Source: Malacoraja senta
Taxonomy: Eukaryota
Length of the DNA stretch: 64,000 bases
Assembly (NCBI GenBank): GCA_038087875.1
Contig: CM076001.1
Coordinates: forward strand, 2,046,001 to 2,110,000
Direction: 5' to 3'
The notes under the pieces are model-generated. The model made no database searches and had not been told where the DNA came from. It saw nothing but the letters and a program-made list of their open reading frames with translations. The position numbers and the translations under genes are program-made. Every line of letters starts with the position of its first letter. The stretch's first letter is position 1. Of this stretch, positions 12,848-26,182 are shown in pieces.

Positions 12848-14209
12848 GATTCCGTTCGTGGTCAGCGAGTATGGCGGGTTTTTGTCTGTCTCCAGTGGAA
12901 ACACTATTAGCCCGCGCACAGTTCACTCTGTGTAGTATCAGCGTCGCCGCCACCACGTGAACAGTCAGCAGCTCACTAACATTTAAAATGAAATACTTAT
13001 GCAAAATACATCAACATTATTGCTACCAACAGGTAAGATTACCATAATCCCGATAGGTTCAGGCGGCCAGGTGTTACAGAATCAAATTAATATTGAGATT
13101 CACATTCAAAATATATCTCCAAAATCAAAGACAAATTAAGCTAACAATGGCCCACAAATCATCTTTTCCATTATGCTAACTATACAACGTGTTGTCCGTC
13201 ATGTAAAGAAACCACTGGATATTGGAAGATAATTCAAATGCACTCTCGCTCACTTGCTCGCGGAGTGGCGTAGATATCAGGGCAGTTAGGGAGGAGCAGC
13301 CATAAATTGAGAAATAGCAACATTTGACTGGGTCTTTACATGGAAGTGGTTCCGCCTTCACAGCCCTCGACTATGGGAAAAACAACTGGGATTATTGTGA
13401 ATTGTGGACACAGTGTTAGTACGTCAAGTTTCTGTATTTCAAAATATATAGTTTATTCGAGAAATAAATATATACAATACACGATCCTTACACAACCCCA
13501 TCCGACATTCTCGGAGGCAAAACGTATATTCTATATTGTTTACAAAATTTAGACAATTTTACCTCCCACCTAAGGGGTCACAAGTAACATTGGCAAATTT
13601 GCAGATGACTCAAAGCTTGGTGGCAGTGTGAAGAGTGAGGAGGAATCAGTGAGAATGACTTCGACAGTTTGGGTGAGTGGGCAGATGCATGTCAGAAGCA
13701 AGTAAATGTGAGGTTAGCCACTTAATTAATGTGAGGTTAGCCAAATAATTCCACATCAATGCATTATCAATGCATTCCGATGATTTCGCCTTAATATCTG
13801 TAATAACGTCACATGCGGTCCCCCTGTCTGTTTTATTGATAAAAAACATCGCTCAAAATATAACTATTTGATCAAGGACATTCCTTGTTGATATTTATTT
13901 CTGGTCATTTGGCACGTTATACGTTATATTTTCTTATGATTTTCTTCATGAAGTGCCAACAGGTGAAAGATATTAATGCCGCTGCTGTTTCCAATTGTAT
14001 TCACTCCCACCTAGGCAGGTCCATGTGATTTACATCATTTAGACCGCTGCACAGGAACCATTCTCTTTTGTTTTGAAGAGGAGCTCCAAGCGAAATCCAG
14101 GAAAATATTATTTCTGGGTACATGTCAAGTGAATTCAATAGTGTCTGGGAAGAGCAGTAGAAAGGTTGAAAATACCATATTACATCGCAGCATGTGTTGA
14201 TAAGTGATC

Positions 14210-14935
14210 ACAAGGTCATAAGTGATAGGTGCAGAATTAGGCCACTAGACCCATCAATTCTACCAAAGCTTCCAAACTCCCGCGAATGTCGTCAAACGTT
14301 CATCATATTTTAACCGACTCATTTGCTGGGATCGTTGTTGTAAACGTCCTCTGGACCCTATCCGGAGCTGGCACATCCTTCCTCAGATATGGTACCCACA
14401 ATTGCTCACAATACTCCAAAAGCGACCTGACCAGTGCCTGATAGTGCCTCAGTATTGCATACCTGTTTTTGTATTCTTGCCCTATTGAAATAAATTATAG
14501 CATTGCGTTTGCTTTCCTTACTACCAATTCGATTTGCAAATTACCTGGTTTGGGGATCCTGCACTAGCACTCTCAAGTCCCTTTGCACCTTCGATTTCTG
14601 GATTCTCTCCCCATTTTGGTAATGGTCTACGCCTTTATTCCTACCACCAAAATGCATGACTCCACACGTTGCTACTCAATATTCCATCTGCCACTTCTCT
14701 GCACACTCTCCCAACCTATCCAAGTCCTTATGTAAAATCCCAGCTTTCTTTACACTAACTGTGTATGGAGCATGCTGCCGGATGAGGTAGTTGAGGCAGG
14801 TACTGTCGCAACGTTTTACCAATATTGCGACAGGTACATGGATAAGATATGTTAAGAGGAATATGGGCAAATCGTAGGCAGGTGGGGTGCGCAGATGGGG
14901 TACGTTGGCCATCGTGAGCAGGTTGGGCCGGAGGA
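14210..14935. mobile_element. Old CR1 fragments in mixed orientation
   Basis: 'ggtcataagtgatagg..gaattaggcc' tail; minus-strand LHKDLDRLGECAEKWQMEY; plus-strand 3' UTR remnant. Confidence 0.6.
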
Positions 14936-16814
14936 CTATGTTTCACGCAGTATGACACCAGAACTCTTTGCCAAGAACGAAGAACAACAACTCACCTTCC
15001 GCTCGTGCAAGCCACAAGTTTCTGGAGTTAACATCCGAGTCTTCAACGCTACTAAAGCTCTCTTCCTCTTCATTTGGAAGACAATTCGGCATATCGACGC
15101 CTGTCTTGATTATATTGTCTCTCGTGATAACGTTCACAACTTGAAATGTCAACTCACAACATCGGTCGCTCCAGAGGAATAAAATATCCTGACCTAAGTC
15201 TCTCTCGGAATTGGGCATCTCCAGTCCTGGCAACATTTTTGTCATTAATACTCTGCCGCTCCCCAGATTAATGGTTGCTAACACATTGCGATCTGAACAA
15301 CATTGCACGTGCTGTCTCGCCAACGTCCCAGACCAGATGGTTAAACTCTACTTATACACATCTGAGTGCGTCACCTGCAGTGAAATAAGCCCACACCTCA
15401 AGCTGTGTGAGGTAAACAATATCCTACCATCCCCATTCAAATTGATTCGCATTGGTCGTGAACAAGATGGAGAAAAGGCCCTGTTTCCGTGCTGTATAAC
15501 ATGCAACTACCACTTACAGTGGGAGTTGGGTGAATGTACCAGCTCCTCCCGTGAGAAAGAGTTGGCGCTGCGTCCCCTTTAAATATTTACCGACTCATGT
15601 TAGACTCCTGCCCTCTTTTAGAGACCTATATCAGAGGAACAAAATAAAATACCTCAATTGATCACCTTGTCTTATTTTAACACTCCATAACTCGTCGGGG
15701 TCTTGTTCGCTGCAGAGAGAAACCTCTGCATTATCCAGTCCATCTCACAATTCACACCGTCCAATATTAGTACCATTCTTGTGAGGAGAGCTGTATACTC
15801 CCTAGTTTATATGGATCCGTAATGAATTATTTCGGAATATAATATCTCTTTTCCTGTGCTGTACTGCTCTGTGAAGATATTTTTCTGTGAATTGCTTGGT
15901 TTGAGTGCAGCAAACATGACACTTCTTTCTTTGGTCAAGACTTTCTTCAGAATGATCTATCCCCAAATATGTACCGCCGGTCAGTCACCTTAACCCATTC
16001 AATTGGTTCTATCATCTTGCACATCAACATTCGTGATATCTTCAACGGATTAATGCATTGAGAGGATTTCGCCCTAATATCTGGAATAACATCAAAAGCT
16101 GTTCACCTCTGTGTTTCATGAATTAACACATTTCTTTAAAGATAACCTGTTGATCAAGAATATTTCTAGCCGATGTTTAATTCCAGTCAGTTGTCACGTT
16201 ACACATTATATTTGCCTATCCTTTACATCATGAAGAGCCAACAGTTGAAAGATATTAATGCTGCTGTTGTAGCTGAATTTTATACGATGTCGTCTAGAAG
16301 GTTCCCTGTGATTTACATCATTTACACCCAGCCCAAAAATGATTAACTTTCCTTTTGAAAGGGAGCTCCACGGAAAATCCAAGATCAAATTATTAATGGG
16401 TACATGTTAAATGAATGGAACGGTGTGGGGAAAATGCATTACACATGCTACAAATAAAATACTGTATTATATCGCAGCGTGTGTGGATAAATGCTATATG
16501 ACATGTATTTTGCTGCATCTTCGTGTCACGCGTTTAAATTTAAAAATAGAATGTGCAGTCGTATCTTACATTTCCCTCGTGCGGTTGGTACTCAGCTGGT
16601 GCCTGAGTAGCGAGCGATCGCATAATGAGTTTGATCCCTTTGCATCACCAGGGAGCAACCTAATTGTTCAACGGTCCACAACGGATGTCCGCGGGGAGGT
16701 GAACGCACGCTGTCCTTCACTTTTTTTCTAGGAATATAAATATAGCGCGGTATGACTTCTCACTTTGACTTCTGTAAGTTTTGACTGCATAACTGGGGAC
16801 GGCTTGACGGAGAA

Positions 16815-19373
16815 ATGAGTTGGAAGTGGCACTTGGACGTTGAATATTATTATTATCCAATCCTGGCAGCAATCGGAGTACCCGGTAGGTCAAGGGAACG
16901 CTGTATGCGGGACTGAGATGTGGGATGCTGTGTTGATAAAGACAATGTTAAAGATAAAGTGAAAATAGTGTGCGAAAAACGGGAATGCTAGACTGCATCC
17001 TTCAGGTTACGGCGGTATTAACCACATAATATTAATCTACTTGATCGTTGGTCGTTCATTGGATCTGGTACAGGTTGATTCTCTTCAGATTCAGGTTTAA
17101 GTGCATTGTTGTCATGTCTCCCTGAGAGCTGCAAACAAAGCTTTGGTTTGCAAGCAATCCAATCAGATCAAATAATATGATATATCAATACTAACAATTC
17201 AATCTCAGCAACAGGTAGTGTGAAAGGAGAAATCGGAGTGCAGAGCATAGTTCAGGTTTGGGAGCACATAAAGCCGAATGTCCGCAAGAGGATAGAGTGC
17301 AACGGCAATACACTGGCTTATGGAAAAGCGGCTCAGAAGCCTGATAACAGAGGGGAGGAAGCAGTTCTGGAGTCTGGTGGTACGAAATTTCAGTCCTCTG
17401 TATCTTTTGACAGCCGGGATCAGGAAGTAGAAGGAATGAGCGGGGTGAGACATGTCTTTGCACATGTCGCCTCCGTTTCCCAGGCATTGTGAAGTGCAAA
17501 TGCAGTCAACGGTGCGGTGTCTACTTCGTGATTTGGATCCGACTTATTCCAGAACTCTCTGCAATTTATTGTTTATAGGGCAGAGATGTACCCACAACAA
17601 GCTGAATTGCACCTAACAGTATGCTTTGAATGCTAATCTGTAGCAGAATGTTTGAGTCATTAGAGGCAGGTCAGAGCTACTCAGTCTTCTCAGTAAAGGT
17701 GTTGGTCTGTATATCGGAGAGAGATATTAATGAAATATTAACTGCGAGGAAATTAAAGTCCTCAACCACTTCCACTTCAGCACCATTGATGATGACCGGT
17801 GCTCCACCGCTTTTCCTGAAATCGATAACTAGCTCCGTCTTGTTCACACTGACGTTGAGATTGTTATTATCTGGAAACTTGTGGGAGCAGTTACAGCCGA
17901 ATCTGGCCGCGGGGTCGTGAGTGTAGAGGATGTAGTCGGGGACGGAGCAGACATATTTATGTGGCACCGTTGTAGAGAATTATTGTGGAAGGGGTGTTAT
18001 CACTAATTCTCACTGATTAAGGTATGTTCATTAGAACGTCAAGTATGCACTCGCAAGCTGGTGTACTGATCGCTTGGCTCGGGAGTTTATCAATGGGTTT
18101 GGATGGGAGTAGTGTTGAAGGCAATACTTCAGCGGAGAAATGGGAATCCAACGTTCGACTGCTTGCTGCCTGGCTGTTCCCGGGAAGGGTTTAGGTCCAG
18201 GACGATGGCGTCTGATGCGGACATGTTGCTGCAATATGCAGTCTGAGGTGTATCAATGGTGGCTTGGAGACAGCTCAAGCTGCCTGCGTATACCGCTGCT
18301 AACTAATCCGCACAGCTCCTCAGCACGCACCCAGGTTTGCAAGTACGCCAGTTGTTTTGGAACAAATAAGCAAAGCGTACCTAAAATTGACCCCGCCTCC
18401 AAATTAGAATCGCGTTTCCCTTACATGTAACGACAGTTTTCTCTTTTCTACACCCGCAGTGAACTTGCTGGCGATTGTGATTCTGTCCCGCAGAAATTGT
18501 GGTCTCTCCAAATGCACCACTCGTTACCTGGTGGCCATGGCGACGGCGGACTTCTCAGTGATTGTCTGCGAAGTGATATTACATCGGATTAGCGACCTTT
18601 ACTGGGGCCACACATTCCTCCTGCACAATACTGTGTGCAGGTCCATTATGTTCCTCGCTCCCGCGGCCGTTGCCTGTTCGGTTTGGCTCACGGTTGCTTT
18701 CACATTTGATCGCTTTGTGACCATTTCCACTCAGAATCTGAGAACCAGATACTGCACCGAAAGAACCGCGCTGGTGGTTATAGTCACCCTAACTGCGTTC
18801 TTCTGTTTACAGAACGTGCCCTGGCCTTTTGCGTACACTTATTATCACATGGATCGGCAGGGTATACTGTGGGGTTGCCAATTACCATTTAACTTTTATA
18901 GCCTATCCTCGTAGATAGCATTTTCCTGGACTCAACAGCTGCTAATCCCAGTCATTCCATTTTGTTTGATTATGGCGATGAACGTGCTCACAGTCAGACG
19001 CATTTTAGTGGCCAGTCGTGTCCGCAGAAGACTCCGCGATCTCAGTACTGAGGACCCCGAGATCGCAAACCGCAGACGGTCCGTAATTTTACTCCTTGCA
19101 ATTTCCAGCAGTTTTATGCTGCTCTGGGGCACAAATGTGGGATATTTCGTTTTCTATCGATGTACGAACGCATTTTGGTTCAGAGGGTTGAAGAACCCAT
19201 TTGCAACATTTGAACAAACTGGAATTATGCTACAACTGTTGAACACCTGCACAAACACACTTATTTACACCGTGACCCAGATGAGGTTCAGAGAGCAGCT
19301 TCTCCAGGTACTCAAGTACCCCTTTACCCTAACTGTAAGTTTAATAAAATCGAGAAAACCTTGTGTAAAATAA
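16815..19373 (+). pseudogene. Two-exon class A GPCR, GPR139/GPR142-like, single premature stop
   Basis: Exon 1 16815-16884 (MSWKWHLDVEYYYYPILAAIGVP, GTAGGT donor); exon 2 from 18460 after polypyrimidine/CAG (VNLLAIV..LVAMATAD..FTFDRFV..NTCTNTLIY). TAG at 18912-18914; same frame continues to stop at 19373 (327 codons if read through). Confidence 0.88.
17150..17975 (-). mobile_element. Degenerate Rex1/Babar-type fragment in GPCR intron
   Basis: NVSVNKTELVIDFRK..INGAEVEVVEDFNFL (17677-17967) and HPAHSFYFLIPAVKRYRGLKFRTTRLQNCFLP (17205-17465). Confidence 0.7.
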
Positions 19374-20279
19374 CATTACAATACTAATCCCTTCGTGAGT
19401 GATTGCGAAAACTAGGTAATGGAGGAGTTTTCTCTGAAAACTTTCCGCATCAATTTTTAAAAAAATAGCTGAGAAATACAATTTGAACGCGTCCCCTGGA
19501 CTGGAGTGCATATTTCGCCATCTATTTAACATGCGACACGTTGTTCAAAGTGCCCAGTGAGGAGGGCGGCCATGTGGAACCGTGTGCTGTGTTGTTCTGG
19601 AGCAGACCTCCAATGTTTCCGTAATTGAGCCTCGCCGTTAACCGTTTCCACCTTCCTTTGAATCCAGCGGCAACGTATCCAGCACCCAATGAAAATAGAC
19701 AAAGAGTTATGGTCCTGAACATTGCATGCTCTATTACTCTACTCTTCTATGAGACGTTCCATGGTTACGTATATAAGTGCCCAGTGCACAAATGTGTTTA
19801 ATAAAATGATTGCTGTAACATTTATGTTAATGAGAGTTCGATTTTATTTTTGCTTCTCGCACTGAATGTAACGCCTCATTGCTTCTTACAGATGCTTTCG
19901 GTTTTCATCACAATTATTAACTCTGCACCAGATGCAGCCAAAGGTAGTGGGTGCTATTCGTACGTGGGCATTACTAATTATATTTTTAATTAAAGCAGAA
20001 TGTAACAAGCGAGCGTCCAGTAGAGGGCGGTAAAGTGATAAGCTCGCCTGTGTGGTAAAGCGATTCTGAACCGATTTGCATTAATGTCCCACCTCCATTG
20101 ATGCAGCTGGAGCTCTGCCTATTTGAGAATAGAGGGAGTGCTCAGAGTCGGATTTAACTCTTCCTGCAGGGCAAGGAAATGTGAGAAATCCATTAATTTA
20201 TTTTCGCCACCAATGGCGGCTGAGATTTGATTAGCTCCAAATTTGAGTTGAGTAATCTCTCCACAAATCCTCCACTCCC

Positions 20280-20730
20280 GACGCGATAACGTTTACATTT
20301 TTACATATTATGATGACATTTTTCCCCTCGAGGCCGAGAACACCTTCACTGAACGTTTATGCCTTATTTCTTGACTTATTACTGATTAAAACTAATTAAG
20401 AAGTTTAAAACATCAAAATACTTTGAATTTAAAACCACCAGCTGCAACTGATGACGTCACAATGGCTCGGCTAGCAGTGATCATCTTCCCTGAAGATTTC
20501 ATCCAATATTTCACGTTATTCGCGATTAAAGCATTGAAAATGCAAATTTTAACCAGATTTTTAAATATTCTGATCCACATTTATCCCCTCCAGACAGCGA
20601 GCACCTTCGCTGAACATTTTATGCTTTATTTCTCGACATTACTGATTAATGTTTTAAAAAATCTAAAGACTAAATTTAAAACGACTAGCTTCAACTGATG
20701 ACGCACAATGGCTCGGCTAGCAGTGATCAG
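20280..20730. repeat. Two diverged direct copies of a ~210-250 bp AT-rich unit
   Basis: 'caccttc(a/g)ctgaac...caactgatgacg(t)cacaatggctcggctagcagtgatca' occurs at ~20340-20485 and ~20600-20730. Confidence 0.7.
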
Positions 20731-21144
20731 CATCACTTACGTTCGGGAACGGCTTGAGTTGGAGGACCACGCCTCCTGTGGGGGTTACGGGTAGGGAACG
20801 AGTGCGTTAGGGGAGCAGACCCTATCGAAGACTCACATAACTTTACATACCTCAACCAGATCTTCCTGCAATCTCCGACATTCCAGAGGGAAAGAATCCA
20901 AATATGACCAATCTCTCCCTGCACCGCTAATCCAGCCACCATTCCGGTAAATGAGCAACTGCGGCTCTAAAACACGCTGTTCTTATTAAATGTGTCCATC
21001 CTGCTGAATTGGCAAAGACATTCTCTAATGGCTTTGCTACTGGTCACCAATTTGTACAGCCTGGTAGTTTACATAGTTTACATTCGTTTTTGATAGGCGT
21101 CGATAGGGTAGACTGTCAAAACTTTCATTTTCCCAAAGGTCGGT

Positions 21145-22310
21145 TCTAACCGGAATGGCTGGACTGGCACATGTTGAAAGAATGTAGTGACTGGCCTTGT
21201 ATACACTGGAATTCAGAAGGATGAGAGGGGATCTTATTGAAACATATAATGTTTTTAAGGGTTTGGACACGCTAGAGGCAGGAAACATGTTCCCGATGTT
21301 GGGGGAGTCCAGAACCAGGGGCCACAGTTTAAGAATAATTGTTAAGCCATTTAGATGGAGATGAGGAAACATTTTTTTCGCACAGAGAGTAGTGAGTCTG
21401 TGGCATTCTATGCCGCAGAGGGCGGTGGAAGCCGCTTCTCTGGATACTGTCAAGAGAGAGCTAGATAGGGCTCATAAAGATAGCGGAGTCAGGGGATATG
21501 GGAGAAGGCAGGAGGAGGTACTGATTGGGGATGATGATCACTGTTGTGGGACGTATCACTGATGGGGATGAGTCAGAGTATAGAAGAGAGATCGAGCGAC
21601 TGTCCATATGGTGCCAGCACAATAACCTGGCCCTCAACGCCAGCAAAACCAATGAACTGATTGTGGACTTTGGAAGGATTGGGATGGGGATAAACAATCC
21701 CGTTTATATCAACGAGTCGATGGTTGAAAGGGTCAAGAGCTTCAAATTCCTGGGTGTGCACATCTCTGAATATCTTTCCTGGTCCGAAAACACTGATGCA
21801 ATTATTAAGAAAGCACATCAGCGCCTCTACTTCCTGAGAAGTTTGCGGACAGTCGGTTTGTCAAGGAGGACTCTCTCTTACTACTACAGGTGAACAGTAC
21901 AGAGCATGCTGACCGGTTGCATCGTGGCTTGGTTCGGCAACGTGAACTTCCTGGAGCGGAAAGGACTACAAAGAGTAGTAAACACTGCCCAGTCCATCAT
22001 CGGCTCTGACCTCCCTTCCATCGAGGGGATCCATCGCAGTCGCTGCCTCAAAAAGGCTGGCAGCATCATCAAGGACCCACACCATCCTGGCCACACACTC
22101 ATATCCCCGCTACCTTCAGGTAGAAGGTACAGGAGCCTGAAGACTGCAACCACCAGGTTCAGCAATAGCTACTTCCCCATAGCCATCAGGCTATTAAACT
22201 CGGCTCGGACAAAACTCTGAACATTAATAGCACATTATCTGTTTATTTGCACTTGATCAGTTTATTTATTCATGTGTGTATACATTTATATAATGGTATA
22301 TGGACACACT
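21145..22310 (+). mobile_element. CR1 3' fragment plus Rex1/Babar fragment (paralog of 225-1388)
   Basis: ORFs 21525-21893 and 21906-22220 are near-identical to 603-959 and 984-1298. Confidence 0.8.
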
Positions 22311-22312
22311 GA

Positions 22313-25300
22313 TAGACATAGAAATATAGAAACATAGAGAATAGGTGCAGGAGGAGGCAATTCGGCCCTTCGAGCCAGCACCGCCATTCATTGTGATCAT
22401 GGCTGATCGTCGCATATCAATTACCCGTGCCTGCCTTCTCCCCATATCTCACGACTCCATTAGCCCCTAGAGCTCTATCCAACTCTCTCTTAAATCCATC
22501 CAGCGATTTGGCCTCCACTGCCCTCTGTGGCAGGGAATTCAATAAATTCACAACTCTCTGGGTGAAAACGGTTTTTCTCACCTCAGTCTTAAATGACCTC
22601 CCCTTTATTCTAACACTGTGGCCCCTGGATCTGGACTCGCCCAACATTGGGAATATTTTTCCTGCATCTAGATTGTCCAGTCCTTTTATAATTGTATATG
22701 TTTCTATATGATCCCCCCCCCCTCATGCTTCGAAACTCCAGTGAATACAAGCCTAGTCTTTTCAATCTTTCCTCATATGACAGTCCCGCCATCCCAGGGA
22801 TCAATCTCGTGAACCTACGCTGCACTGCCGCAATCACAAGGATGTCCTTCCTCAAATTAGGAGACCAGAATTGTACACAATACTCCAGATGTTGTCTCAC
22901 TAGAGCCCTATACAACTGCAGAAGAACCTCTTTACTCCTATACTGAAATCCTCTTGTTATGAAGGCCAACATTCCATTCGATTTCTTCACTGCCTGCTGT
23001 ACCTGCACGCCAACTTTCAGTGACCTGTTTACATGGACACACAGGTCTCGCTGTACCTCCCCCTTACCTAACCTAACCCCATTGAGATAATAATCTGCCT
23101 CCTTGTTTTTGCCGCCAAAGTGGATAACCTCACATTTATCTATATTATACTGCATCTGCCACGCATATGCCCACTCACTCAACCTGTCCATGTCACCCTG
23201 TATCCTCCTAACATCCTCTTTACAGTTCACACTGCCACCCAGCTTTGTGTCATCCGCAAACATGCTAGCGTTGCTCCTAATTCCATCTTCCAAATCATTC
23301 ATATATATGGTAAACAGTTGCGGCCCCAACACCGAGCCTTGCGGCACTCCACTCACCACTGCCTGCCATTCTGAAAAGGACCCGGTCACTTCTACTCTTT
23401 GCTTCCGGTCTGCCAACCAATTTTCTATCCATGCCAACACCCTACCCCCAATACCATGTGCTCTAATTTTATTCACCAGTCTCCCATGCGGGGCCTTATC
23501 AAACGCTTTCTGAAAGTCTAGATACACTACATCCACTGGCATCCCTTCATCCATTTTATTGTCACATCCTCAAGAAATTCCAGAAGATTAGTCAAGCATG
23601 ATTTCCCTTTCATAAATCCATTTTCACTTGGACTAATCATTTTACTGCTATCCAAATGCCCCATTATTACCTCTTTAATAATTGACTCCAGCATCTTTCC
23701 CACCACCGAAGTCAGCCTAACTGGTCTGTAATTCCCCGTTTTCACTCTCGCTCCTTTCTTGAAAACTTGGATAACATTAGCTATCCTCCAATCCACAGGA
23801 ACTGATCCTGAATCTATTGAACATTGGAAAATGATCACCAATGCGTCCACTATTTCTAGAGCCACCTCCCTGAGGACCCTGGGAAGCAGACCATCAGGCC
23901 CAGGGGATTTATCATCCTTCAGTCCCATTAGCCTACCCAATACTATTTCACGCCTAATGAAAATGTATTTCAGTTTCTCTACCCCCTTAGATCCTCTGTC
24001 CTCCAGTACATCTGGGAGATTGTTTGTGTCTTCCTTAGTGAAGACAGATCCGAAGTACCTATTCAACTCTTCTGCCATTTCCTTGTGCCCATAATAATTT
24101 CACCCCTGTCTGCCTTCAAGGGACCCACATTTGACGTTGCTACTATTTTTCCCTTTACATATCTTAAGAAGCTTTTACTGTCCTTCTTTATATTCCTGTC
24201 CAGCTTCCCTCGTACTTCATCTTTTCAGCCCGTATTGCGCGTTTTGTTACCTTCTGTTGTCCTGTGAAAGTTTCCTAATCCTCTGGCTTCCGGCTACTCT
24301 TTGCTGTGTTATACATCTTTTCTTTTAGTTTTATTCTATCCCTTACTTCTCTTGTCAACCACGGTTGTCTCCTATTCCCGTTAGAATCTTTCTTCCTTTA
24401 TGGAATGAAATGATCCTGCGTCTTCCGGATTATGCCCAGAAATTCCTGCCATTGCTGTTCCATCGTCATTCCTGCTATGATCACTATCCAGTCTACTTTG
24501 GTCAGCTCCACTCTCATGCCTTCATAGTCCCCTTTGTTCAACTGCATCACTGCCACTTCCGATTTAACGTTCTCCTTCTCAAATTGCAGATTAAAACTAA
24601 TAATATTATGATCACTACCTCCAAGCGGTTCCTTTACCTCGAGTTCTCTTATCATATCTGGTTCATTGGACAACACTAAATCCAGAATTGCCTTTTCTCT
24701 GGTCGGCTCCATTACAAGCTGCTCTAAAAATCCATCTCGGTGGCATTCTACAAACTCTCTTTCTTGGGGTCCTGAACCAACCTGATTTTCCCAGTCTACC
24801 TGCATATTGAAATCCCCCATCACCACAGTGGAATTACCTTTGTTACATGCCAGTTTTAACTCCTGCTGCAACTTACACCCTACACCCGGGCTACTATTTG
24901 GGGGTCTGTAAATAACACAAATTCGTGTCTTCTTGCCTTTACAATTCCTCAACACAATCCACAGTGACTCTACCTCGTCAGTCCCTATGTCTTCCCTCGC
25001 AAAGAACTGAATTCCCTCCCCCACCAGCAGAGCTACCCGCTTCCTCTGCCCACCTGCCTTTCATTTCTATAGGATGTATAACCCTGAATATTAAGTTCCC
25101 AGGCCCGATCATCCTGCAGCCACATCTCAGTAATCCCCACAATGTCATATCTACCAACCCCTAACTGAGCCTCAAGCTCATCTACTTTACTTCTTCTACT
25201 TCGCGCATTCATATACAATACTTTTAATCCCTTACGCACCTCACCTTTCACATCGATCCCTACTACAATTGGCCATACTCTATATCCCTTTGTGAGCTTT

Positions 25301-26182
25301 CTTTCCCGTTAATTCGGGGGCATTAACCATCCCTTTACTCTCTTTCCCTTTAACTCCATCCTCGACTATCCCATTTGACACCCCACCTCCCCTATTCAGC
25401 TTAAAACCACCCGTGTAGCAGTGGCAAACCTGCCTGCCAGAATGCGGGTCCCACACCTGTTAAGATGCAATCCGCCCCTTTTGTACAGTCCCCCCTTACT
25501 CCAAAACAGATCCCAGTAATCTAAGAATCTAAATCCCTGCCTCCTGCACCAGTTCCTCAGCCACACATGCAGGTCCCGTACCTCCCTGTTTCTGCTCTCG
25601 CCAGCACGAGGAACTGGAAGCAAACCGGAGATAACAACTCTGGAGGTCCTGCTTTTCAGCATTCTTCCCAGCTCTCTAAAGTCACGCTGCAGAATATTCA
25701 TCCCCTTCTTTCCGACGTCGTTTGTGCCGACATGCACTACCACTTCCGGCAGTTCACCTTCGCCCTTGAGGATTTTCTGCACTCTGTCCGTGACATCCTG
25801 GATCCTGGCACCAGGAAGGCAGCACACCATCCTCGAATCCCGTCTATTGCTGCAGAAACCCCTGTCCGTACCTCTCACAATGGAGTCTCCAACTACAATA
25901 GCGTTGTCTGACGTTGGCCTCTTTGGTTTTAGCTCAACAGCCCTTTTTGCTTCGCAGGCCAGTCCGCCGCTCAGTCTGATAACGTCTTCTGTCCCGACAG
26001 CTTCTAAGTGGGTGAACATGTTCACAAGAAGTACAACACCCGGGGACGTTTGCATTCCATGTTTCCCTCCCTTTCTCACCGTCACCCACCTTCTCTCTTC
26101 CAGTACCTTAGGTGTAACAATCTTACTGTAGGAAGAGGAACGGCTCAGTTTCTCGGACGAACCTGAGGTCATCCACTTGCTT
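22313..26182 (-). mobile_element. Degenerate CR1 LINE (paralog of 1391-5230)
   Basis: RT ORFs 22610-23554 and 23527-24078; endonuclease 24398-25024; ORF1 esterase 25396-26172. Confidence 0.92.

Larger units (their letters stand above)
1..13570. repeat. Segmental duplication, copy A (paralog of 20925-52021)
   Basis: Position 1 'cgctaatccagccaccattccgg' recurs at 20925. Same feature order in both copies (CR1 tail, Rex1 fragment, minus-strand CR1, unique DNA, V segment). Homology ends at 'acctcccacc' (~13570 vs ~52021). Confidence 0.93.

Noticed and set aside
14943-15323. 126-aa minus-strand ORF as a host exon
   Set aside because: Contains a decayed CR1 RT segment (MLPGLE...LFLWS); no other support.
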